From: a virus
DNA length: 64,000 nucleotides
Virus record (IMG/VR): IMGVR_UViG_3300032093_000060
Coordinates: 1-64,000 of that record
Strand: one strand, 5' to 3'
Shown here: positions 30,083-42,500 of the stretch, piece after piece
How positions within the stretch are numbered: the stretch's first letter is position 1
Layout of the letters: each line of letters begins with the position of its first letter
The notes under the pieces: model-generated
The model's input: only the letters and a program-made list of their open reading frames with translations
Database searches by the model: none
What the model was told of the DNA's origin: nothing
Program-made: the position numbers and the translations under genes

Positions 30083-32686
30083 TCATAATAAAAATGGATA
30101 TATATTACTAGCTAAAACATAGCCACCATTTGCCATTCTTTGTCCTCCATACATACCTTTATTTAATCTAGCTTCTTTATAAGCCATATCAAATGCTTTG
30201 TCATAGTCACCAGTTTTTCCAGCATAGTATGTAATTCTATCTTCTAAAGATGAACCACCTGCACCAGTGAAAGGTTTTTCCATTCCTGTGTTATAAACAA
30301 ATTCATTTTCATAATCTCCTGCAAATTGTGGTGTTCTTGTATTTATCTGTTGTATTGCAGCCATTCTATCAATACCAGCAATATCAGCACCCATTGTGTT
30401 ATAGAGCCATTTATTTTCATTTGCAATCTCTCTTGCTCTATCATCTTTTTGCCCTGCCAATGCTGTATTCATAATGTTTGTATTGGCAAGCATATTAGAA
30501 TTATCTATTGTAGCTTTTTGTACATTGGTTTCTCTTTGTCTATCAACATTTCTAGACTGAACACCAGCTACAGCATCCATAGAAGCTCTAAGTCCTTTAC
30601 CAAGTAGATCTTTCATCTGAGCTTGTTTAGCACCAGTAGCTCCAGCCATACCGGTCATTACTGCATTTTGTAATGCATTAACTGCAGCCTGAGCTGTATC
30701 AACTTTAGTTTGATATTCTTCATAAGCTCCTTCTACCTGTGCTCTTGGTGTAAGTACTACATTTGAACGAGGAACTTTTGTTTTCATTAATGCATTCCTA
30801 GCAATATCCAATCTTGATCTTTTACTTAAATGTGGTCTGTCCATACCACCACCTGATACTTCTCCTCTAGCCCCACCTTCACATACACACTCTTCTTCTT
30901 TTTCAATTGGAAATTCTTTTACTTCTCCAGTATTAGGGTCAACACATCTGCAATATAAATCATCTGGAGTATCAGGACAATCTGAACATTTTCCAGTAAC
31001 TGGATCTTTAGTTCTTACAATAGGTTTACCAGTTGCATCAACCATTGCTTTACCTGTATTAGGATCTATACAAGGTTCACAATCTTGAGTAGGATCTTCA
31101 TCATCCTTAAACACTGCCTCTTTTTTCTCAAATTTTTTATTTGCTGCTTCAATACAATTTTTATATCGTGGATTAGCAGAAAGTTTAGCTACACCTGCTT
31201 CAAGAGCTTCTTCATAACCCTCATCACCTGGTCTTTTACCTTTTAAATAAGCCGGAAAAACTTCTAGTACTGCTTGTTTTACGTCACCAGATTGTTGTAT
31301 TTTTTTACAGACACCTTGAGCCACACTCTCTTCTGTTCCACCACCGCTACCAGTATAATATTTTACTGCTTGTCCTTTACCTCTTGTTGTTCTATACCAA
31401 CCTTGCGCATTCTTACCAGTAGTTCCTACAGGAGTTCCTGATACCCAACCAGCATCAGTAGGTGCTGCTGTAGTTCTTGTTGCTGGAATATTATTTACAG
31501 TAACAGTAGTTCCAGTACCTGTTCCATTACCATTACCTGTTCCATTACCATTACCTGTTCCATTACCATTACCTGTTCCATTACCATTACCTGTTCCATT
31601 ACCATTACCTGTTCCATTACCATTAACTTGACTATTGTCAGTACCTGCAAACTTAGGAACACCTCCATAAGCCATTTGATCAGGATAATATGGAAAATCA
31701 TATCCACCCATCTGCATACCATACATAGCATATGGCATACCACCATACTGCATCATACCTTCTTGTGGAGGCATCATACCTTGCTCAGGCATCATATCAG
31801 GAGGAGGCATAGAACCTTGCATTTGTGCTGTATCAGTAGGTCTAGCTATAGCTTCTCCACTTGGCATTTGCTCAGGATATGCTGGAGCTTCTTGTGGTTG
31901 TTGAAGCATTTGTTGTTGAGCCATCATTGCTTGCTCAGGATTTGCTTGTTGCATTTCTTGAGCCATCATTGGATTTTGTTCTTGTGGCATTTGTTGACCA
32001 CCCGGTGTTTGTCCTTGAGCTAATGCAGTTTCTAAAGCTTCTGCTTGTTCTTTTAGTTCAGGTATTAAATCCTCTTCATTAATTTGATTAGCTTCCATAT
32101 AAGGTTTAGCCATAGCGGGAACACCTTGAGGAAATCCTTTCATAGATTCTTGTACAAGAGCAAGAGCACCCAACTTCATGATATAGTTCTTAATCATAAT
32201 AGTTGCAGTATTTCTTTCTAACTTACCACTATCTGGATCAAGAAGTATTGATTTGTATTTACTTATATCATAAGGTTTAGCTAATTCAGCTGGAGTATAT
32301 CCTCCTTTCTTTGGTGTTTTATTAAACATTGCTAATACAGCAGGATCATTTATTCTTAATGATGCTGTATCACTAAAGATAAATGTATCATCCGGGAGGT
32401 TCAAAGGAGTTCCCCCTTCAAAATGTCTTTTACCTTTTATCTTTAAATGATCTGGAATTGTTTGACCTGTGATAGGACCAAAGGCTGTTTCTCCACGTTC
32501 TGCCTCTAGATTTGCTTCATCTCTTGAAACCTCATCCACTGTACTTTTTACTCCTTTGTAAGCTTTGCTATCCATAGCTTTATAATCAGCACCTCCAAAG
32601 GCACCAGGTTGTAATGATAATGAACCATCAACCTGCTTACCATAAGCAGCTTTACCCAAAGGCATTTTTGTAATTTGAACTCTCAT
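30083..32686 (-). CDS. Virion structural/cargo protein with low-complexity Q/M/P and GN-repeat regions
   Basis: 867 aa. N-terminal ANLEAERGETAF...GKRHFEGGTPL domain resembles crAss-like cargo proteins. Several xxGG motifs and a small Cys cluster. Confidence 0.6.
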   Translation of the reverse strand: MRVQITKMPLGKAAYGKQVDGSLSLQPGAFGGADYKAMDSKAYKGVKSTVDEVSRDEANLEAERGETAFGPITGQTIPDHLKIKGKRHFEGGTPLNLPDDTFIFSDTASLRINDPAVLAMFNKTPKKGGYTPAELAKPYDISKYKSILLDPDSGKLERNTATIMIKNYIMKLGALALVQESMKGFPQGVPAMAKPYMEANQINEEDLIPELKEQAEALETALAQGQTPGGQQMPQEQNPMMAQEMQQANPEQAMMAQQQMLQQPQEAPAYPEQMPSGEAIARPTDTAQMQGSMPPPDMMPEQGMMPPQEGMMQYGGMPYAMYGMQMGGYDFPYYPDQMAYGGVPKFAGTDNSQVNGNGTGNGNGTGNGNGTGNGNGTGNGNGTGNGNGTGTGTTVTVNNIPATRTTAAPTDAGWVSGTPVGTTGKNAQGWYRTTRGKGQAVKYYTGSGGGTEESVAQGVCKKIQQSGDVKQAVLEVFPAYLKGKRPGDEGYEEALEAGVAKLSANPRYKNCIEAANKKFEKKEAVFKDDEDPTQDCEPCIDPNTGKAMVDATGKPIVRTKDPVTGKCSDCPDTPDDLYCRCVDPNTGEVKEFPIEKEEECVCEGGARGEVSGGGMDRPHLSKRSRLDIARNALMKTKVPRSNVVLTPRAQVEGAYEEYQTKVDTAQAAVNALQNAVMTGMAGATGAKQAQMKDLLGKGLRASMDAVAGVQSRNVDRQRETNVQKATIDNSNMLANTNIMNTALAGQKDDRAREIANENKWLYNTMGADIAGIDRMAAIQQINTRTPQFAGDYENEFVYNTGMEKPFTGAGGSSLEDRITYYAGKTGDYDKAFDMAYKEARLNKGMYGGQRMANGGYVLASNIYPFLL
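31517..31624. repeat. Perfect 18-bp tandem repeat x6 (encodes NGNGTG)
   Basis: ACCTGTTCCATTACCATT repeated six times without mismatch. Confidence 0.95.
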
Positions 32687-32693
32687 GTGTTAG

Positions 32694-35600
32694 TTATAAA
32701 AATTTTATTTGTCCACCAGCAGCTAATATTTTTCCTATCTCTTCTTGAGTAAGATCATATACTCCACCTTTTTTATATTTTAATTCACCACCTTCTTTAG
32801 TAAATGCATCAGTACCAACAACTCTATTAAAGCCAGTGCTTCCACGTCCTTGACCCTTAGAACCAATTCTTTGATCAAGACCACTATAACCTCCACGAGT
32901 AGGAGTATAAGTTATTACATCTCTATTATCTGATCCAGTAAGTTCATTTAAATAATTCTCATCATAGATATTCTCCATTGTTTGTCCAATACCTTGAGCA
33001 GCATAACCAGCAGCTGCACCTAAATTAGCAACACCCGTGAGATTTAATGTTCTTGCTTTATTGATATCATACTCAGCTGTAAAGTCTTGTGGAGTATTTG
33101 AATCTACATAAGCTTCATTATAACAAGGATCTCCAGGTTTTGCATTCTTTACAGCTTCTTCTGTACAAGGACCTACACCACCTGTAGCAATACTTGTATT
33201 GTTAGGATCAAAAGGACCTACACCACTAAACTGTCCACCTGGATCGAATGTTGGCATATAACCACCAAATTGTTTTTTCTCTTGCGTGTTATAATATCCT
33301 TCAACTTCTGACGGAGATTTTTGACCTGGTATCATTTTACTTTGTCTATCATACCAATTATTATCATTATCCCTTACTGTTTTTACTTGACCTTGATTTT
33401 GATAATCTTCAGAAGCAGTATAACCAGCACCTAAGAATTGAGCATCTTCTTTAGAAACAGGATTTATTGCATTATAGAAATCCTGTGGATTTGTATAATT
33501 AGTAATACTTCCTTCCATAGGTACATACTCTTCTTCATTTCTTGCTGCTCTTCTATCCCATCTCTCTATTCTTCTATCCAATCTTGCGTCTCTTCTAGAA
33601 TCTTTATCATTTGATCTAGTATCAGAATCTGACTTAGGTTCATTTAATGCATTTGCTTGCATTGGTTGTTCCTTGTATGGTTCATTAGAAAGGAAAGGAG
33701 CTCCTGTATATTGTTTGTTTGATCCATAACCATATGTGCTTGGATTATTTGGATCTATATAATTACCTTTAATAGTCATCTTATGACTAAATGGTTTATC
33801 AACTCTCTCATAGTCATAATAGTATCCTGCTTGATTTGGTTGACCTTTACCAGATGAACCAAAATTTTCCATAATTGCACCTTTGCCATCACTTATCTGA
33901 ACTCCATTTCTCCAAACTGATCCATCTGCTCTTACTTCATCACCTACTTGAAATCCTCCAGAAGTATTTGGTTGACCTTGTCCTTGAGGTGCACCTGTTC
34001 CGGTTCCTTGTCCTTGTGGTTGGAACATCTGACCTTGAGCATTCATAATAGGACCTCTTTGACTCATCCATTCAAAGTCATAGTTTCTTCCTGTTTGAGG
34101 ATTTCTTTTAAAAATACCAAAGGTATCTCTGATTTCTTCAAGTAACCCTTTTGGTTGAACAGGATATTGATAACCACCACGATAACCACCACCAGAAGGT
34201 CTTGTAGTTACATTAGGTTTATAGCCACCTTGGTTTTGACCTGTTGCATAGATTTTTGTATTATCATATGTAGCATTTGGATCTAAAGTACCCGATGATT
34301 TTAAATATTCAAAGGCAGCTTTATTCTGTTGCTCTGATAAATTTGGATTAAATCTTTGAAAAGCAGGACTTTGGTATTGTGGATTTGTGTTACCTTTTAC
34401 ATCACCAGTAACTGTCCATCCATCAGCAGCTTTAACTAAACCTCCTCTTCTGTAATATGGATCTGTAGTATCTTTAGTACTAATATCATTATTATCATAG
34501 TATACTATAGGAGATATATTCATTTCATTACCATTTCCTCCAGAAACAAACTTTTGTAGATTACCAAATTGATCTGGTTGAACTCCTGTAGCTGCTCCAC
34601 CAAACTGTTGTTTTTTTAGTTTTGCAAATTGTTCTGGATAGTTAGTTCTAAAATATTCATCACCACCTATATTTTGGTATGACTCTCTATTTTTATCGTA
34701 CTCATATTGTAACCAATCATCTGGACTATACCAGCCTTGAACTTCTGCATCCGCTTCCCAAACATCTGAACCAGGTTTTTGATATCCTTCTCCAAATACT
34801 TTATCAGGATGTTTAAGTCTAGCAGCTACTTCAGCATCTACTTGAGTTGGTTGCCAATTTTCATCTCCCATACTTAGTATAGGATATTCAGATTGTGTTT
34901 GATAGTACTGACCCGTTTTAGGATCTTTAAAATAAAACATTCCTGACTGGTAATTTTCAGGATCTTGTAAAATATTAAAATCATATTGAGTACCATAAGC
35001 TTTATTTTCAGGATCTAAAATATTTTCTCTAAATGATGGAACATATTCATCTGTACTTGTATCCGTTGTGACATTAACATCTGTACCTTGAGGGTTTGGA
35101 TTTTCTAAATAATCCGCAATACCATTACCATTACTATCTGCATTAAAACCTTCATAACCAGGACCATAAGATCCTGTTGTTGGATTATTTTTTAATCCTG
35201 GTGAAGTTTTTCCAGGATCAGCAACAGCATTAACATTAGATGCTTTTCTTCTTACTATTTCTCCAGGGTATGTACTGTGTGTACTCCAAGAAGATCCATA
35301 ACTAGAGCCATATGCTGCTGGCATATAACCATATCCCGGCATCACACCTCTTCCTCTTCCTGCCCCCATCATTCCTGATAACATAGCAGCAGGAATTCCT
35401 TTAGCTGACCATTCTCTTTTTCCTGACCACCATGGACCTTTTTTATATTGTACATCTATAAATGGACCTTGAGGAGCTTGACCACTTCCTTGTTGTCCTT
35501 GTGGTGCTTGTACTATCTGAGGTGAAATAAATTGCAAGTAATCTGGTAAACCAGAAACACCAGAATATCCAGCAGCCATATCTCCAAACATTCTGTTCCA

Positions 35601-36521
35601 ATCCTTACCCATTTTACGTTGCTGTCTTCTTTCTTGTCTTTGCTCACGTCCTCTTCTAGCTTCAGGCATTTGTTCATAGCCTGCACCATGTATTTGATTC
35701 ATAGGTGTATTAAATATATTTGACACAGATCCTGTATATGCTTGTAAATGATGCATAGGATTTTCTACATCCTGTTGTTGCATCTCCATTCCATCTTGAG
35801 CCATGGGCATAGATGGTAATGATTTTACTTCTTCTTGTAATTTTTTAGTGTGGTCATAAATTTCCTTTGCATAAAACTCATTCCCAAGATTTTTAATTCC
35901 TCTTTTAAAACTACCTATAAAATTTTCTCTACCATTTACAGGTGTATCTAATATTGATGGATTGGCATTTCTTTGCTCTTGCTCCATCCCCTCGGCAGCT
36001 TTCTTTAATCCATTCACAATATTTTTTACAAACTTCTTTTTATTCACGGCTCCTCCTTTTTTTTCAATTGATAAGGCTGCGTCATCTTCAGCAGCTAAAT
36101 CATCTGACTCTTCATCAAAATCATCCCAGCCTGAGTCATCATCTGAAACCCACTGATCTGTTAAACTATAGAGTTTTTCTTTTTTAATTACTTCTTCTTC
36201 TGATTCTGAGTCAGGAATCATCTCTTCTGTTTCCTCTCTTTTTTCTTCAGCATCTTTTAATAGTTCTTTTACATCTTCTATTTCTGCTTCAGCCTCAACA
36301 TAAGATAAACCAAATGTACTTTGTAAATGATCAATTACATCTTCTTCACTGTTTGTTAATGTAAATTGATCTAAGATTTCATTTTTAATTGCTTGGGAAT
36401 CTTGTTGCATTCCTACCCTAGCTTTTTTAGTTCCTCCATAAAGGAATGCGGCAGTTTTATTAATAAACTTACCTTCACCACCATTTGGGTTTTTAGAAAT
36501 CCGGACTTTAATTTTTTTCAT
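32694..36521 (-). CDS. Largely disordered virion cargo protein with multiple xxGG motifs
   Basis: 1275 aa, G/Q/N/Y-rich. Ends in the module YKKGGVYDLTQEEIGKILAAGGQIKFL. Confidence 0.55.
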   Translation of the reverse strand: MKKIKVRISKNPNGGEGKFINKTAAFLYGGTKKARVGMQQDSQAIKNEILDQFTLTNSEEDVIDHLQSTFGLSYVEAEAEIEDVKELLKDAEEKREETEEMIPDSESEEEVIKKEKLYSLTDQWVSDDDSGWDDFDEESDDLAAEDDAALSIEKKGGAVNKKKFVKNIVNGLKKAAEGMEQEQRNANPSILDTPVNGRENFIGSFKRGIKNLGNEFYAKEIYDHTKKLQEEVKSLPSMPMAQDGMEMQQQDVENPMHHLQAYTGSVSNIFNTPMNQIHGAGYEQMPEARRGREQRQERRQQRKMGKDWNRMFGDMAAGYSGVSGLPDYLQFISPQIVQAPQGQQGSGQAPQGPFIDVQYKKGPWWSGKREWSAKGIPAAMLSGMMGAGRGRGVMPGYGYMPAAYGSSYGSSWSTHSTYPGEIVRRKASNVNAVADPGKTSPGLKNNPTTGSYGPGYEGFNADSNGNGIADYLENPNPQGTDVNVTTDTSTDEYVPSFRENILDPENKAYGTQYDFNILQDPENYQSGMFYFKDPKTGQYYQTQSEYPILSMGDENWQPTQVDAEVAARLKHPDKVFGEGYQKPGSDVWEADAEVQGWYSPDDWLQYEYDKNRESYQNIGGDEYFRTNYPEQFAKLKKQQFGGAATGVQPDQFGNLQKFVSGGNGNEMNISPIVYYDNNDISTKDTTDPYYRRGGLVKAADGWTVTGDVKGNTNPQYQSPAFQRFNPNLSEQQNKAAFEYLKSSGTLDPNATYDNTKIYATGQNQGGYKPNVTTRPSGGGYRGGYQYPVQPKGLLEEIRDTFGIFKRNPQTGRNYDFEWMSQRGPIMNAQGQMFQPQGQGTGTGAPQGQGQPNTSGGFQVGDEVRADGSVWRNGVQISDGKGAIMENFGSSGKGQPNQAGYYYDYERVDKPFSHKMTIKGNYIDPNNPSTYGYGSNKQYTGAPFLSNEPYKEQPMQANALNEPKSDSDTRSNDKDSRRDARLDRRIERWDRRAARNEEEYVPMEGSITNYTNPQDFYNAINPVSKEDAQFLGAGYTASEDYQNQGQVKTVRDNDNNWYDRQSKMIPGQKSPSEVEGYYNTQEKKQFGGYMPTFDPGGQFSGVGPFDPNNTSIATGGVGPCTEEAVKNAKPGDPCYNEAYVDSNTPQDFTAEYDINKARTLNLTGVANLGAAAGYAAQGIGQTMENIYDENYLNELTGSDNRDVITYTPTRGGYSGLDQRIGSKGQGRGSTGFNRVVGTDAFTKEGGELKYKKGGVYDLTQEEIGKILAAGGQIKFL

Positions 36522-36538
36522 AATACTCCGCTATATAT

Positions 36539-36582
36539 TAATATAATAAAATTTAGTTTAACAAATAAACATAATAAGTTTA
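36539..36582 (-). promoter_or_regulatory. Putative promoter (TTTA-N20-TATATTA) with overlapping 17-bp near-palindrome
   Basis: TAAACATAATAAGTTTA at 36566-36582, 16/17 identical to 30066-30082. TATATTA at 36539-36545. Confidence 0.6.
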
Positions 36583-39500
36583 CTTTTCATAAACTAAATA
36601 TCCTCTAGATACATAATCTTTTATTTCCTCTGGAGTTAATTCTAAATCCATTGAGGCCTCTCCTCCAAATTTTTTTTCATTGTCATTACCAATAGCATCA
36701 TCAAAAGATAATATCCACTCATAACGGTCATTACTTATTTTTTTAATTTTTTTTGGTGGTTCAATATACCCGTCTTTTGTAATTACGTAAGGTTCTCCAG
36801 TTGGCCACGTGTCTCTCCACATATCAGAAAGTAACCACTCTTGTGCTATATCAGGTAATTTTTGTAGAAAATTATTTTTTAATACTACATTTTTTTCTGC
36901 TTTATAATAATCTTTAAATGATTTTTCTCGTGACAGTTTGAGTTTTCTTTTTTGTCTTTCTCTTTCTCTATCTTGTAGTCTACCTTTTTCACCTAATTTT
37001 TCCAATCCTAAATAACCAAGACCAATAGCTGCAGCAGCAGCGCCACCTGTTATAAGAATATTATACATTTTATCTAACCGTGCCATTCTGCCTATAAATT
37101 CTGGCAGATCTTTAAAATTAAGATTATAAAGTCTATCTTGTAACTTAGTAATTTCTGCATTTAATTGCTCTAATTCAACATCATCTGAATTTTTTAGTCT
37201 TGCAATAAGTTCATCTCTATAGTTATTTGCTGCTTCAATTTGTGCTTTTGTTTGATTTATTCTACTTTCTAATGTATTTCTTCCACCATCCAAAATAGAA
37301 TATAGTCTTTGAAAATCTTCTTTTGTTTTTAAAGAATAACTACTACCAGATGTTCTTTTATTTTTTACTTCTTTTAATGCATTTTTTCTTTCATTAAGTG
37401 TTTTAGGAGAAGCATGATATTCTTTTAATGAATACATCATAGCATCCATTGCTTCATCAAATTTTCCTAAAACTGATGCATATGCAGCATTTGCCCTACC
37501 ATAACCTCCTGTTGTTACTTCTTCTTTTCTAATTGCTCTAATACCTGTTTTTTCTGAAAGTTCATTTAGAAAATTTTTAGGAGCATCACTATTTAAATTA
37601 CGTGGATACCAGTCTAGGATCTTTCTTGATGTGAAATCTTGACCTATACTTGACTTAACATCTGGTAAATATTTTTCTGCTAACTCCTCAACAATTTTTA
37701 ATTCTTCTGGAGTAAACACATAATTTCCACTAGTTCCTTTTATAACTGATTCAACATATGCAACTGGATCTGAAGTATTTAAGTTTAATCCTAATTGTCT
37801 GTGACCAATTACTGGATTTTCATTAGAAGGTATATGTGTTGGATTTCCTTTCTGTACAGTATTTAATCCAATACCGTTAACAGAACCTCCCTTACCTGGA
37901 AACCATTCTGTTAAAGCTGTTTTAACTATATCTTCTGTATATTTTTGACCGGGTAATGAAGCTGCACTTATCTCTCTAGAAAATACTGTATTGTTTATAT
38001 AATAATCATTTAATGCTAATTGCATTCTTTTAGGATCTTGAGCAGTTTGAAGTATATCTCCATTAAAATCCATTTTTAAAAGTGCGTCAACATTTTTGTT
38101 AACATCACTTAATTCTTCTGGTTTAAATTGATGGCCTAGATTTCCTTTAGGACCAACAATAGATTTAATATAAGCTTCTTGTCCTTTAGCTACAACTTCA
38201 GGATTACCATAAGCAATTAAAACATCAGGTCTTAAGATATGTTTTTCTTTATTAGGATTATAATTACCCCATTTACTAAACGGAGAAGTTTCATATGAAT
38301 CAATTACAGTTTTTACTTCTGGATTAATACCAGCCATAAAATCTTTTGAAGTCATATTTATTTCAATTGGTTTTCCAGAAACCATTGCTTTTGTTGCTGC
38401 TTCTTGAAATTTTTCAGGATAAAATTGTCTAAACAATTCTATTTCTGTTGGAGTTTTATCAGGAGTAGCTGGATTATAAAATGGTTTAACCATTCCATTT
38501 GCATCTTCATGTATTATATTAAAATCTAAAATTCCTTCTTCTCCATATTGTGGATAAACAGTATGTTGTTTTGCTGGTCCATAATCTTGTACAAATTTAA
38601 AATTGTCTTTTACATTTTTATTATAGTCTGATTGAGTAATAATAACATCTATATCACCAGTAATATGTGGCATACCTGCTTCAGTAACTAAAACACTTGA
38701 TCCAAAAACCTTAGCTCCAGAAATCTTTGCTTCTACATCAGCTCTGGAATTCTTTAATGCAGTTATATAATCCCCAGAAATAATTGGTTGTTGCTCTATA
38801 ACACTTGTGTTTACAATTTCTCCATTTACAAGTTTATATTCTTCACGTGCACCAGGAAGTCTTACCTCTGCATTTACAACTTGTCCAGTACTTAAATCTG
38901 TAACAGGTTTAACACCAGTTGTTGTTACTCCTTCAAAAAGACCACGAGAAGTTTTTTCAAGTCCTTCAGGTGTAATATTAAAGATTTGTCCCACTTTATC
39001 CATGAAATCTAATCTAGTCTCTTGTGCATTTAAAAACTGTTCAGGAGTTGTTTTTAATTGATATTGATCATTTAATTCTTGAATTATCTCACGCGGTAAT
39101 TTACCTTCTGCTGCCACATCTCTCATTTTTAAGAAACTTTTAAACTTCTGTTTACGTGTTTCTGTTTTTCCAATAAGTTCAGTTTGTTTTTGAGTTAATC
39201 CCTTGGGACTATTATATCCTATCCCTAATTCATCCCATATATCTGTTTTTTCTTTTTCTAAATTTTGAATTTGTTTTGTTAAGTATCTTTTATCTAGCAT
39301 TTTTAATTCTTTTAATGCTACATTCCCATACTTATTAAAGTTATTTACTAAACCTTGCAATCTTTTAGAAGTTTTAATTGCATTTGGATTTCTACTTATG
39401 AATGCCAAAAATAATCCTAAACCAGCCTCACTTACATTTGAATCTTTATCATCATTTGTTAATTCATTTACGGCAAGTCCTCCACCAATTATCATTGGTA

Positions 39501-42500
39501 ATTTATTAAGCACCTTACTCATTATATCAAAATTCTTTGGCTTATCTTTTATGATGTCATATATTCTTAGTGGATATTTTTCACCTTTCATTCCTTTATA
39601 TTGATCATAATGTTTTTTAAGTAAGTCTGGTGTAATTGGATCATATTCATGTTTAATCAATCCTTTATCAAGCATATCTTGTCTCACCTCTGCTAGGAAA
39701 GGAACTCTCTCTGTACCTTTAGAACCTTTATCAAAATATTTAAGTGTTTCACTTACATAGTTAGGTCTTGCATTTCCAAATAGATCATGTGCTTTTGATT
39801 CTTCAGCTACATCTAATCCAGGTATTTCTAATTGTTTAGACTCTGGTTTTACAAGATCAAGTTCTTTTAATGTTTCATCCAAATATGTTGTACCAGATTT
39901 TCTTCCTGCATAAGATCCAAGAAAATGTCCAAGTTCATGTGCTGTTACTTTTGGTAATTCTCCTTTTGAAAACAAACCAGGTGTTATAGCAATTTCATTT
40001 TTTCCACCTCCATAAAATGCACTTTGATTAATATCTTGGCTTAATTCAGAAATATTATTATCTATTATACCTAATTTCTCATCCAAGTCAACTTGAATAT
40101 TAAAATAATCCGATTTTGATATTTGACCATTTTCATACATTTTATCATACATGCTCATCTCATTAAGCAATTCATTTCTCTGAGCTAATTGTGTTGAATA
40201 ATGATTATTAATATTATTCATAGATGCCATACCTTCTATTAAAGTATCAGGAGTCTGACCTTGTAATGATGGGGTATTGTCTATCATTTCTTGAAGTCTT
40301 TTCTGTCCTTCTTCTGTTTGCCATAATTCTATTTTATTTGCTCTCATGTCATTAATAACATTTGTAGCAATTTCATTATCTGACAGGGCTTCAATATTTT
40401 TTGTTTTCTGAGTATTTAACTTTTCATCTACAGTATTTAATTTATTAGTTAACTCATCATTTGTTTTTACATATTCATCAAATTCAATAACACCGTCTTC
40501 AAACTTTTTTTGTAATTCTAGTTGATCAGTTAATAAAAGTTCTTTTTCAGCATTTAAATCTCTAAGTGGAGCAGATATACCAAGATTATCAGGTGAAGCT
40601 ATACCCTGCATATTTGGATCACCAGTATATTTTTGTAATACAGTTTGATTATCTAAAGGTGTTACACTTGCACTACCTTGAGTAGGAATTCTAAAATTTC
40701 CAACTAACTTATCAATATTAAAGTCACTTGTTTTTAACTCTAATAAACTTGGAGCAAGAGCAGGAGTTGTAGTCTTTACTGTTTGTCCTACAGTTGCCAT
40801 ATCACCAAGAGTCATACCTTCTGCAACAGTACTTGCATAACCATATGATGTTGGAGTTTGTTTCATTATTTTAAATTCACCTAAGCCCAATCCTCCAAAT
40901 GAAGTACCTGCTGCTCTAGAGAATTTATTAAAGGCTTCAGTAACTCCAGTTAAAACTTGTTCTGATCCATTTAAGTTTGGATTACCAACTAGTAAACCAC
41001 CCTCTGCTGGTGATTTATATAAAAAAGAATAATTACCTGATTTAGGTAATACTTGAATTGATCCTGGAGTTTTTAGTTGCTTTAAAATTTGTGCTCCCTG
41101 AACAGTAGGTTTTACAAATGGTAATAAACCTAATGCTCCCCACCCAGCTTCTACAGCTCCTTCTCTTATATTACCTTCTGAAAAAGCATCTACAGATTTT
41201 GAAATATTTCCACCTGGTCTAATAGCTTCATATCCAAAATATGCATTAAGAGCATTACCAGCTGTTAACCATGGAGCAGAAGCAATTGGTGCATAACTTA
41301 AAACAGAGGATACAGCACCCATTATAGGTTTAGCAGATAAACCACCAGCCACACCCATAATCCATTCTTTATCTAACATATCAACAGCTCCGGATGCAGC
41401 ATTTTTTCTATTAGTGCCGGCAGACCATTTAGGACCTTCAGCTGTTATATTAAAATCACTTTTAAGTTGATTCTGACCTGGTAATCCCGAAGCTTGAATA
41501 TATCCTGTAGTTGAACCTTCTGGAGCGTATACCCAGTTAACATAACTTTCATATATTTTTTGAAATTCTTTTGGATCTTCTAAAAATTTTTTTCTTTGCT
41601 CATTAGTAAGATTTTTTTCTAAAAGTATAGCTTTAGCAGCTTGAGCCTGTAGTGCTGTAGTTCTATTAAAGTTATCTATAGCCTGCTGATGAAGAAACTC
41701 TTGTGATTGAGCTTCTTCAGCTGCTGTATTATTATTAGGTGCAACCCACTGTTTTTTACCTGTTGCAGGATCTGTAGTCCATGCACCTACCTTATTTCTT
41801 ATAGCTGTACTTTCAGAAGGTAATATAGAATTTGGATGTATAGCATATGGACTTAAAATTTTTGAACCATCTTCTAATACAATATAATCTTTACCTGTTT
41901 GTTTATCACGTTCTTCTTGAACCCATGCATCAATATTTAAAAGATTTTGTTTTTGATAATTAGTTAAATTATTTGGATTAGTTGCACCAGCTGCTAGTAA
42001 TTTTTTTGCTTCTGCTTGACGTGCTTTATATGTTTTTTCTGTATAGTCACCGTAAAGTTTTGTTAATCCAGATTTTGTACCCTCACCCTCCTCTACAAGT
42101 TGATCAATTGCTTGAGTTTTTGTAAGACCAGTTTTAATTAGATTATCAATTTTTTCTTTATTCCTTTTAGCATGAATCATTGATGCATTTTGATATATAG
42201 GATCAAAATATGTTTTTAATTCTGTTGCATCACCTAAATCTAATTCAGTAGATAATTCATTTGGATTAAGTCCTTTTGTATAAATTAAATCTGCTACATC
42301 TTTACTTGAAAAAATTTCATAATCACCTTCTGGAGTTTTTTTAGGATAATAACCACTATTTTTTAATTCTGTAAGTAGCTCATCTGTCATATCTTCTCCA
42401 GGAACAAAAGAACCTTTTGGTCTTGATAGATCTTTATATGTTAATTCTTTTGGTGCATATGCATTTATTTTTTCTAGTTTTCTATCTTGTGCTTCTTTTC

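Noticed and set aside
31517-31624. Possible CRISPR array
   Set aside because: Direct tandem units with no spacers, and in-frame coding.
31495-31746. 83-aa ORF with (VMEQVM)n repeats
   Set aside because: It is an alternative frame of the 18-bp repeat inside the 867-aa gene.
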